37,720 nucleotides of DNA from positions 1-37,720 of the IMG/VR virus record IMGVR_UViG_3300047282_000546, one strand, 5' to 3'. A program made the translations under genes and the position numbers. Under the pieces are notes generated by a model that was given only the letters and a program-made list of their open reading frames with translations, was not told the origin of the DNA and ran no database searches. Source of the DNA: a virus. Its lineage: Duplodnaviria; Caudoviricetes. Shown here piece by piece: positions 7,468 to 15,491 of the stretch. Numbering within the stretch: the first letter of the stretch is position 1; every line of letters begins with the position of its first letter.

Positions 7468-9909
7468 TCAGCTAAGGTTGCCGCCCAAGCTGAAACCTCC
7501 ACTGAGCGTTTCCTGTAGAACTTGGCGCTCACCAGACGCAACCTGCAGCACCACCTGCTTGGCGATCTCCTGTTGCGCCTTGACCTGCAGCACCACTTGG
7601 CCGGTGGCATCGCCCAGGCTGCGGTTGATACCAAGCGGCACCAGCAGCTGCTCCAGTTGCAACCGCACCTGCAGCGCGGTCTCCGTAATTGGCTTGTAGG
7701 GCAGGGCCAACGCTACGGGCGTCAGCTCCAGCTCAAAGGTCTCCGTCTCGTCATCTGGCAGCGAATCCAGCAGCGTCTCCACCGCTGCGCTGTCCGTCTC
7801 ATCCACCGGGCTGACGATGGTGGCGCTGTTGACTGGATCCTGCGGGCCGTTGTCCACATCAGCAGGTGGAATCGGAAGGGCACTGGTGCCAGGGGCCACG
7901 GGCGTCCAGCGCGGGCCGCTCACATCACCACCGGCCAAGCCCCAGTAGAGGGCATCCGTGGACACTAAGCAGCTATTAGCGTCAAAGGTCCAGACCGTGC
8001 CGTTGGTGCGGTAGGTGGCCGTGATGCCGCCGTTGCGCAGGTGGAAAGCACCAAGCGGCTGCGTGGGCAGCACGCCCAAAGCGGTGGTCACCTGCAGGCC
8101 AAGGCGGTGGCCGAGCAGCAGGCGGTTCTGCTCTTCCGCGTAGTCAGCTGCTGCGCTGGTGGAAGAGCCTTTCGTCACCGTGCCGTCATCGTTCACCACG
8201 TCATCAGGCAGGAACGGCACCGAAAAGCTGAATGAAGTGTTTGGGCGCGTTTCAGGTGTTGCGCCTACCTGTATGCGGCTTCCGCCTTGTATAACAGCCA
8301 TGGCCCATTGATACGGCGCTAAATAGTCAGGTACAGGCTTTTCGTCATCCTTGTTATCCAAGTCAGATGTCACCACCTTGACATCTTCTAGCACTAACTC
8401 AAAAAACTGATCCAGAACCGGATTTAGATCCCATCCCGTTGTCGCATTTGCCGCAGCAGCACTGATTGCCTGCTGTCCCATTTGTGTCAAGCCATATGCC
8501 ACATAAGTGCGTTCAATCTTTTTTAGCTTTTTGTCAGCGTAAAGGGTATCAGTCACGATCCGCTGCTTAATTTTTTCTCCGTTAGGTATGATTATGATTT
8601 TGGTGTAATCCTTTATTCCCATGCGACCTAGGGCTTCAATGTAGGACATCGTTTCTACGCTTTCGTGGCGGATCTCTCGGTAAGTCGGCAGCGTCGGCAG
8701 CAGAACAACAGTTCCACCAGTGGACAAGATCGGATGACTACTACCTGGATGGCTGCTTGCAACCTGCTGACGGGCTGCATCAATCTCTTGTTCCACCTGA
8801 GATTGCTCTTGCTCGCTTAGTGGCGGTGGCGGTATTTCTTCATAAGTGTAGCGATCAGTTTTTTTACTACTAACCTGCCTGGACGCACTTGGCCCAAACA
8901 AACCATAAACGCCTGCATTCAAGAAGTCCTGAATTATCTGACTATTTACCTTAACTAGCGAAGTGGTGGTTTCTGTAATGCGCTCTATTACTCGGTTGTC
9001 GGGTTCAGCCTTTTTTTCAAAAGTCTTTACCGTTTCGATTACAGGGAAAGATCTGGTTAAAGGCTGCACCGAAAGGAGCCTGTTTTTCAGAGTAAGCTTG
9101 ATTGATGTTTCTGTAATCGTTTCTGATGTACCCCAGTCAGCTGTAAAGCTTCCATATTCGGCATCTATGACCATGATGCCAGGCTTGTAAATAGGTGAAC
9201 TTTCACCCGTGTCTGCTGAAACAACCGCGCTCTCACCTGTGCCTGTTGGGTTTTCTGTAAAGTTAAGACCGCCTTGGTTGCCGGCTAGGTCAACAACTTG
9301 ATCAAACCCAACCACTGGCCCTTTGTCCGGCAGCTTCTTGTATGAATAGGTGACAAGTTTATTCCTTGCATTAAGGTGGCCAAAGCGGGTGACGCTGGCC
9401 AAAATGTCTGAAAGCGTTTCAATGTAATCGGTTGACTCCAGCGATGGTATTTGCTTAGGCAGCTTCCAGTTGCCAGCATCTTCCACATCAATATCAAGAC
9501 GCTTTGCAATGACATCAAACGCCTCACGCAAATCAAGAGCCTTGGCGACTTTGGGCTCTCGTCCATTCAGCGCATCCACCAAGGCGCTGTTAACGACGCC
9601 GCCGCCTTTGTTCTTCTCAAACGCCAGCTTGTCGGCAATGCTGACCTGCGTCTGATTGGCCAGCGGATCAGCAAAGGCCTTGGTCACATAAAAGGGACCA
9701 CGAGGGAAACGCGCTGCCTTCGTGCCGTCTGGGGTGACATAGCCAAGAGTGACCTTTGAGCCATGGCTGACGGGCACTAAGCCAGCAATCACCAGTTCAC
9801 CGGTAGTCATCACAAGGCCTTGCCCTTGCACGTGGTCATCCTTGACGCTGCCGGAGATGACCGGGCCTAAGTTGCAAATAATCTGAGCACGAATATCAAG
9901 AACCATCAC
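7468..9909 (-). CDS. Large tail tip / baseplate hub protein
   Basis: 813 aa ORF two genes after the tape measure; position-based call. Confidence 0.6.
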   Translation of the reverse strand: MMVLDIRAQIICNLGPVISGSVKDDHVQGQGLVMTTGELVIAGLVPVSHGSKVTLGYVTPDGTKAARFPRGPFYVTKAFADPLANQTQVSIADKLAFEKNKGGGVVNSALVDALNGREPKVAKALDLREAFDVIAKRLDIDVEDAGNWKLPKQIPSLESTDYIETLSDILASVTRFGHLNARNKLVTYSYKKLPDKGPVVGFDQVVDLAGNQGGLNFTENPTGTGESAVVSADTGESSPIYKPGIMVIDAEYGSFTADWGTSETITETSIKLTLKNRLLSVQPLTRSFPVIETVKTFEKKAEPDNRVIERITETTTSLVKVNSQIIQDFLNAGVYGLFGPSASRQVSSKKTDRYTYEEIPPPPLSEQEQSQVEQEIDAARQQVASSHPGSSHPILSTGGTVVLLPTLPTYREIRHESVETMSYIEALGRMGIKDYTKIIIIPNGEKIKQRIVTDTLYADKKLKKIERTYVAYGLTQMGQQAISAAAANATTGWDLNPVLDQFFELVLEDVKVVTSDLDNKDDEKPVPDYLAPYQWAMAVIQGGSRIQVGATPETRPNTSFSFSVPFLPDDVVNDDGTVTKGSSTSAAADYAEEQNRLLLGHRLGLQVTTALGVLPTQPLGAFHLRNGGITATYRTNGTVWTFDANSCLVSTDALYWGLAGGDVSGPRWTPVAPGTSALPIPPADVDNGPQDPVNSATIVSPVDETDSAAVETLLDSLPDDETETFELELTPVALALPYKPITETALQVRLQLEQLLVPLGINRSLGDATGQVVLQVKAQQEIAKQVVLQVASGERQVLQETLSGGFSLGGNLS
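7475..7482 (-). promoter_or_regulatory. Putative late promoter
   Basis: GGCAACCT 21 nt upstream of ATG 7453. Confidence 0.6.
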
Positions 9910-10655
9910 ACTTGCTCCACAGTTAGGCTGACAGTCCAGACATCTGTCTTGACGCCATCAATCATCTTGGCTTCTACGCTTGCAGTTGGTGGACGTGTTG
10001 GCCACCAAGCACCTGCTTGCGGCGTGGTTTGAACAGTGGAAGCAACCCAATTCCTAAGCGTCACATAGGCTGCTTCATTTTCAACGGTGCCAGTGATGTC
10101 CCTAACAGCAGAGGCCCGCAGAGGGCCTTGGATGTAGGCAAAGCCGCCTGCTGTGCGCTCCAGCGTTGGCAGGTCATCCAATGTCTCCATCGGCTCGGTC
10201 AGTGTGATCACAACACCGCCAAGGGTGACTGTGCCTAAATCTGGCTTAAGAGCTTCTTCGGCTTTTGCCTCTTGCTCTAATGCCGTCTTGGTAATTTCTA
10301 AAGACTGAGCGGCATCAACAAGGGTTGCTGTCAGTTGAACGTACCGCCCAACCTGTTCAATCTGAGGAGCTTCGCTAAACCAGCAAGCAACGCCTGAAGC
10401 CGTCAGCCCATTAGCACTGCAACTGAGCGCGACGGTCGAGCCAATGTCATCTGCGCCTACAGGGTCAGGATCTGCACGACGAGCGGCCGACCAAGTGTTG
10501 AAGATGCTGACAAACTGTGCAAGCTCGCTTTGATCTAAAAGCCCAGAAACGGTCCAACTACGTGCGGCGCGTCCTTTGCTGACATCATCCGATGTATAAC
10601 CAAAAGGTTGCGCCGTGAGCCTGGTGATTGTGAGGCCGTTGATGGTGACGCTCAT
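9906..10655 (-). CDS. Distal-tail-like protein
   Basis: Directly follows the tape measure; two similar halves (VTINGLTITRL / VTLGGVVITL). Confidence 0.55.
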   Translation of the reverse strand: MSVTINGLTITRLTAQPFGYTSDDVSKGRAARSWTVSGLLDQSELAQFVSIFNTWSAARRADPDPVGADDIGSTVALSCSANGLTASGVACWFSEAPQIEQVGRYVQLTATLVDAAQSLEITKTALEQEAKAEEALKPDLGTVTLGGVVITLTEPMETLDDLPTLERTAGGFAYIQGPLRASAVRDITGTVENEAAYVTLRNWVASTVQTTPQAGAWWPTRPPTASVEAKMIDGVKTDVWTVSLTVEQV

Positions 10656-10656
10656 C

Positions 10657-12963
10657 TCAGCCTGAAGTCCCGCTTACCACTGCACCAGTTGAGTTGCCCC
10701 TTCCGCTGCCGCTGTTGTTGACGGTGACGTTGACCACGGGCTGCCTGGCGGTGTTGGTGGCGATGGTGGACAGGAACTTGTTCATGGTGGTGAACTGCTG
10801 GCTGCCGTCAATCACCGTGTTGACCTGGGCCTGGAAGGCCGTGGAGAGATCCCCACGGGCCTCAGCAGCACCTTGCAGCTGGGCCTTGAAGTTTTGAGCT
10901 GAGACCGCAGCAGCGTTGGCGTAGCCGGCCTGGTTGCGCAGCTCCTTGTTGACATCAGCCTGCAGCTGGGCTTGCTGCTCTTTGGAGCCGTATTCAGCCT
11001 GGGCGTTGAGGGCAATCAGCCGCTGCTGCTCCAACTGCTGGCGCTGTGCGGCTTGCTGCTCCCGTAACAAGTCACTGCGCAGATTGCCAAGTCCAATTTC
11101 TTCAGCGTTGGTCTGACGGATCAGATCTAGGTTTTGCTGCGCCAGCGCCACCTGCTGCTGCGTTTCAGCGCTGCCTTTCTCAGCGTTACGGGACTGTGCC
11201 TGCAAAAGGGCAATGCGAGCCTCAATTTCAGCGCGCTGACCTGCTGCTGCGTTCTTCTGCTGCTCAAAGGCCAAGGCAGCCTGCTGCGCTTGCTGCTCCG
11301 TCACCAGAGCGCGGGCCTTGAGGTCAAACTCGGCCACGGTCTGATTGAACTTGCGCTGCCCAAAGTCCAGCTCTAGCGCCCGGCGCTGCGCGTCATTCGT
11401 GGCGAGCTTTTGCGCCTGCGATAGCTCCTGATCCAGCAGGCTCTTGATCGTGTCGCTGCGGCCGATGGCGGCATCAGCGCGGACCTTGTTGATCTGGCCC
11501 AGCAGTGTGAACTCTTGGCTGTAGAAGCCCAATCGCGCTTCCTGCTGCTGCAGCGCTGCCTTTTCCGTGGACAGCGTGCTGATCTTCTCGGTCCGCAGCT
11601 TTGTCTCGGCTTGCTGCTGTTTGGCTAAGCCTTGCGCTGCTGCTGCATTGGCCGCCTGCAGCTCAGCGGTCACATCCTTGTAGCGAGCGCGAAACTCCTT
11701 CGCTAAGCCTGGCAGCCTCGCCAACACCTCTTCAAACTCTTTGGGCTTGGCAAAGGCGATGTTGTTGATGCCTTCCAACTTCACCGCGTCGGTGAACAGC
11801 GCCCGCGCTTGCTTGTCGGTGAGGTTGAACTGCTGCTGCAGTTGACGCAAGGCCGCCACTGCCTGCGTGCCCTGCTCTGGAATGACACCGAGGGCATTGC
11901 CAAACACGCCGCCACCGAGGCCGAGCTTGTTGGCGTCCATGACGATCTTGACGCCCTTGAGCGCCCCCGTCAGGTTCTTGATCTGATCAATGATTGCCGG
12001 CAGCAGGCTTTCGCCAAAGGCCACCTGCAGCTCCTCCCATGCGTTGCCGAGCTTCTGGAATTGCTGGGCACTGGTTTCAATCCCGCCCGCACCAGCGGTC
12101 AGCTGATTGAGGCCCTTGGCCAAGGCCGGAAAGAACTCCTGCGCGGTGAGCTGGCCTGACTCCACGAGCTTGTTGAGTTGTTGCTGCGTGATGCCAAGAC
12201 CCTGCGCTGCAGCCGAAAAGGCAATCGGCAGCCGCTCACCCAACTGCTGGCGCAGCTCCTCCATGGAGACCACACCCTTGGAAGCGATCTGCTGCAGAGC
12301 AAGCAAGCTCCCGGTGACGGCATCGCCGCTTAAGCCAAGCGACTGACCAGCCTTGGCCACCGCTTGAAAGACGGCCTGCTGCTGTTGCAGCGGGATGCCA
12401 GCCGCACTAGCAGCAGCGGTGAAGCTGCCGAAGTCACTGGCCAGCTGTTTGAAGGAAAGACCAAGCTGCTCAGAGAGACCACGGGTGAACTGCAGCGCCC
12501 CTGCAGCACCTTGCGGGCCAAGCGTGTTCTGCAGCTTGCGGGTGATGGATTCAAACTCCACCGCCGCATTCACTGCATCTTTGACAGCGGTGGCGACTCC
12601 CGCAAAGCCAATGCCGATGCCTACGGCACCAGCCAGGTTGCCAATGCCACCAGCAAGCTGTGGCCCAAAGCCTCCACCTGCGCCGCCTTCGGCCTTCTGA
12701 CGCTCCTGCGTGGCATCACGGATGGCCTTCTGCAGCTCCTTGTATTTCTGACTGCCGATCTCTACAAGGCGGATCTCCTGCTGCAGGCTGGTGATCCTGA
12801 TGTCGAGCGCGGCCAGCGTTCCCTTGCTGGCTTTGCTCCCCAGAGCGCTCTCAATACTGCGGCCGGCTTGCGTCGCCAGGCTGCGGACCTGCTCAATGCC
12901 AGCGCGGAAGGCGGTGGTGTCCAGCAGGACATCAAAGGTTGCCCTTCCAAGCGAATCCGCCAC
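10657..12963 (-). CDS. Tail tape measure protein
   Basis: 768 aa Ala/Gln-rich; ALQQIASKGVVSMEELRQQLGERLP tape-measure domain signature. Confidence 0.92.
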   Translation of the reverse strand: MADSLGRATFDVLLDTTAFRAGIEQVRSLATQAGRSIESALGSKASKGTLAALDIRITSLQQEIRLVEIGSQKYKELQKAIRDATQERQKAEGGAGGGFGPQLAGGIGNLAGAVGIGIGFAGVATAVKDAVNAAVEFESITRKLQNTLGPQGAAGALQFTRGLSEQLGLSFKQLASDFGSFTAAASAAGIPLQQQQAVFQAVAKAGQSLGLSGDAVTGSLLALQQIASKGVVSMEELRQQLGERLPIAFSAAAQGLGITQQQLNKLVESGQLTAQEFFPALAKGLNQLTAGAGGIETSAQQFQKLGNAWEELQVAFGESLLPAIIDQIKNLTGALKGVKIVMDANKLGLGGGVFGNALGVIPEQGTQAVAALRQLQQQFNLTDKQARALFTDAVKLEGINNIAFAKPKEFEEVLARLPGLAKEFRARYKDVTAELQAANAAAAQGLAKQQQAETKLRTEKISTLSTEKAALQQQEARLGFYSQEFTLLGQINKVRADAAIGRSDTIKSLLDQELSQAQKLATNDAQRRALELDFGQRKFNQTVAEFDLKARALVTEQQAQQAALAFEQQKNAAAGQRAEIEARIALLQAQSRNAEKGSAETQQQVALAQQNLDLIRQTNAEEIGLGNLRSDLLREQQAAQRQQLEQQRLIALNAQAEYGSKEQQAQLQADVNKELRNQAGYANAAAVSAQNFKAQLQGAAEARGDLSTAFQAQVNTVIDGSQQFTTMNKFLSTIATNTARQPVVNVTVNNSGSGRGNSTGAVVSGTSG

Positions 12964-12985
12964 GCCTACGCCTTGCTGTGCCTAG

Positions 12986-12995
12986 AAGTTGCCCC
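12986..12995 (-). promoter_or_regulatory. Putative late promoter
   Basis: (TA)GGGGCAACTT 22 nt before GTG 12963. Confidence 0.7.
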
Positions 12996-13402
12996 TACTT
13001 CACCAACTTCTGCAGCGTGGAGGTGATCGGCAGTCGGTTCAGTGCCGGGCTGATCCAATCCCTAGCAGGCATCTGATTGCCTGCTTGCGTGCGATAACCA
13101 CGCAGCACATAGAGCGAATAGTCCACGTTCCAGGTGTAGCGATAGCTGAACGGTCCGCTTTTGCTGCGCACAATGCTCTGCCGCAACGCGCCGCTGTCCA
13201 CGATGTCGCGGGGGCTGCCGACACTCTCGCGGCCTTTGCCCTTGCGGTTGTAGCTACCGCGTCTGGTCTTGTAGGTGCTCGGCCAGGTGAACTGCTTAGT
13301 GCTGATCTCTTTGGTGAACTGCCCCTCCAGCAGCTGGCTGTAGCGCTCGAACGCTTTCTCTAGCCGCTCTTCAATCAGCCTGCTGTCAATCTCGATGCGC
13401 AT
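12995..13402 (-). CDS. Neck / tail-completion protein (HK97 gp10-like)
   Basis: PRDIVDSGALRQSI...YSLYVLRG...PARDWI motifs. Confidence 0.7.
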   Translation of the reverse strand: MRIEIDSRLIEERLEKAFERYSQLLEGQFTKEISTKQFTWPSTYKTRRGSYNRKGKGRESVGSPRDIVDSGALRQSIVRSKSGPFSYRYTWNVDYSLYVLRGYRTQAGNQMPARDWISPALNRLPITSTLQKLVK

Positions 13403-13405
13403 CGC

Positions 13406-13801
13406 TCACTCCTGCCGCACCGCATCCAGCACCACCACATGACCGACGTTGGCCTCTAGCAGCGCACCAATGCCGCCACGGCCATAGGCACTGCGAGCGG
13501 CCACCAGGGTGACGTTGTAGGTGCTGCCGTTGTCAATCTCCAGCGTGCCGGTCATCCCTTCCAGCACGTCGTCGTTGAGCAGCTGCGGATCGATGACGTA
13601 GCCCTCAAAGCGTGAGGTGCGCACATCCACGCCAGCGAAGTTCTGGCCGATGGTGGCGCCAATCTCTTTAACAAAAACCCGGTACGCCGCAGCCGTGGTG
13701 TTGGCTGTGACGTTACCGGTGTAGGGATCTGTGACGGTGCCCGCTGCGGGGAGCTGAAAGGTCAACTCCCCGTTGCTGTAGGCATCCAGCGGGCTAGCCA
13801 T
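13406..13801 (-). CDS. Putative head-closure protein
   Basis: 131 aa beta-rich ORF between the tail tube and neck genes; DPYTGN motif. Confidence 0.5.
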   Translation of the reverse strand: MASPLDAYSNGELTFQLPAAGTVTDPYTGNVTANTTAAAYRVFVKEIGATIGQNFAGVDVRTSRFEGYVIDPQLLNDDVLEGMTGTLEIDNGSTYNVTLVAARSAYGRGGIGALLEANVGHVVVLDAVRQE

Positions 13802-13809
13802 TAACTACC

Positions 13810-14283
13810 TCAGGGTGCAGGTGCGGTTGCTTCGGTGTAGGTGTAGGAGCCGTAGCCCTGAAGGGTGAAGCTCACAGTGGCGATTCCGCCAGCCTCAATC
13901 GACTCGGAAAAGTCGGTGATGATGCCGATACCGGCGTGCTTCTCGACGGTGGCCACCGAGGCGCCAGGGTCAGGCGATTCGCGATACCACTTCACGTATT
14001 GCCCGGTGGGCGCATCCATGGCTGCATCTTTCAGCAGCTTGTAGCCCGCATCCACGGTGTCCAAATTCATGGTCATCGGGATGCTGTAGCTCTGGGAGGT
14101 GGCCACAGCCTTTTGGAAGCCACCGCTGGTGGCGTAATCCGTCACCGTCTGGGTTTCAGTGGTGCCCTCAATGCCTGCATTCGTCAGGTTGAGGATCTCG
14201 GTGAGGCCGGTGCTGCTCGTAGGATGAGCTGCATCAGCAGAGGTGGCGTCGGCCATCCAAAGCCGATATCCGACCGATGCCAT
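13810..14283 (-). CDS. Major tail (tube) protein
   Basis: 157 aa; ITDFSESIEAGGIATVSFTLQGYG C-terminus typical of tube proteins. Confidence 0.8.
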   Translation of the reverse strand: MASVGYRLWMADATSADAAHPTSSTGLTEILNLTNAGIEGTTETQTVTDYATSGGFQKAVATSQSYSIPMTMNLDTVDAGYKLLKDAAMDAPTGQYVKWYRESPDPGASVATVEKHAGIGIITDFSESIEAGGIATVSFTLQGYGSYTYTEATAPAP

Positions 14284-14316
14284 AAAGGCCAAGGCTTTGC
14301 TCCTGAGCGATCTGGC

Positions 14317-14823
14317 TCAAGTTGCCTGTGGTTTTTTACCCCAACGCCTATGACGGCGGTTGTTGGCCTGCTGCCACTTATCCGCCCATCGGCAGTTCTC
14401 GGGTGAGTAGCCCAGTTCATTGTTGATGCGATCCAAACTGCATCCTTCGGGGCGGTCGCCCATATCGAGGTAGAACTCGTCAAAGCTGTGTTGCCATGCC
14501 TGGCAGACCGTGATGCCTCTTCCGCCGTATTCGGCAAAGTCTGGATTTTGCGGGTTGCCGCAGCGTTGCTTCATGCTTAACCAACTGGTGTAAGCGCCAC
14601 TGCGGCGACCCTCCATGGTCTTTGTTAGGCGGTTTGCCTCCGGTCGCCAGCACCCGCAACTGCGTGTCGTGCCATGCACCACATTGGTGGGCTGAAAAGT
14701 CTTGACCGTGCCGCAATCACAACGGCAGATCAGGTGCCTTCTGCCGTTGATCCGTTCTTCTGTGTACCCCAGAACAGTGAGGTAATGGAACCGTTGGCCG
14801 GTTCGATCTATCTTGCGTGGCAT
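14317..14823 (-). CDS. Free-standing HNH homing endonuclease
   Basis: CRCDCG, SCGC, W.SMKQRC, YGGRGITVC, SLDRINNELGYSPENCRWA...QANN motifs. Confidence 0.9.
   Translation of the reverse strand: MPRKIDRTGQRFHYLTVLGYTEERINGRRHLICRCDCGTVKTFQPTNVVHGTTRSCGCWRPEANRLTKTMEGRRSGAYTSWLSMKQRCGNPQNPDFAEYGGRGITVCQAWQHSFDEFYLDMGDRPEGCSLDRINNELGYSPENCRWADKWQQANNRRHRRWGKKPQAT
14319..14326 (-). promoter_or_regulatory. Putative late promoter for the tail tube gene
   Basis: GGCAACTT overlapping the last HNH codons, 35 nt before ATG 14283. Confidence 0.65.
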
Positions 14824-14898
14824 CAGCCTGGTGCTTCAGGGTGGTCACGGATCAGGCAGTTGGCTCTGCGCTGATCCACCCCATTGTCCGAGCTGTTT

Positions 14899-15270
14899 TC
14901 AGGAGCGCAGCAGCTCGGCCTGCCCTGCTTGGCGGGCGTAGAGGTTGGAATACCTGCCGTCGTAGCCGATGGCGAGCGAGAGCTGCTCGCGCCAGTAGCT
15001 CTGCTGGGTGGTGATGCCGGCGAGCTTGGCGGTCGGGTTACCGGGCTGCCATTCAAGAACGTCGGCGCGGATCAGGCCGAGGTCTTCGGAGGCCTTGCTC
15101 TCAAAGTCGGCCTCAAGGGCGTTGAGCTTGCCGATTGCGGTCTGGCTGGTGGTGATGGACGCCGCAGAGGCCTCGTTCATCAACACATCCAGGTGATCCA
15201 GCGGCGTGTCAGAGGCAGGGATGGCGAGGTGACGGCGGATGGCCTCGCGGTCAGTGGAAAGCCAGGGCAT
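14899..15270 (-). CDS. Putative head-tail adaptor
   Basis: 123 aa helical protein, DREAIRRHL and LIRADVLEW; position after MuF. Confidence 0.55.
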   Translation of the reverse strand: MPWLSTDREAIRRHLAIPASDTPLDHLDVLMNEASAASITTSQTAIGKLNALEADFESKASEDLGLIRADVLEWQPGNPTAKLAGITTQQSYWREQLSLAIGYDGRYSNLYARQAGQAELLRS

Positions 15271-15287
15271 GGCGGCACCTTTTGCTT

Positions 15288-15297
15288 AGGTTGCCCC
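15288..15297 (-). promoter_or_regulatory. Putative late promoter
   Basis: (TA)GGGGCAACCT 17 nt before ATG 15270. Confidence 0.7.
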
Positions 15298-15491
15298 TAG
15301 CCGAAGAACTCTTGAATCAAGGCCAAGTCCTCTTGGGTTTGTGCTGCAGCGAATAGAGCCTCCACAAGCATCCCCAGCTGAGCTTTCTGCTCTGGATTCT
15401 GGGCTTGCTGTATGGCTTCTGACAGCTGTTCTGGAATCGTTCGGTCATCAGGCCATTGGCTTACCAGCATCACAGCTTGTTCAGGGTTCAC
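15297..15491 (-). CDS. Small acidic protein, candidate immunity partner of the MuF C-terminal domain
   Basis: 64 aa, GTGA-coupled to the muF stop, same lower GC as the MuF C-terminus. Confidence 0.55.
   Translation of the reverse strand: MNPEQAVMLVSQWPDDRTIPEQLSEAIQQAQNPEQKAQLGMLVEALFAAAQTQEDLALIQEFFG

Noticed and set aside
12936-12943. Intragenic GGCAAC copies (also near 4266, 12636, 17693)
   Set aside because: Explained by coding sequence and not positioned before a start; only 10691-10700 might be functional
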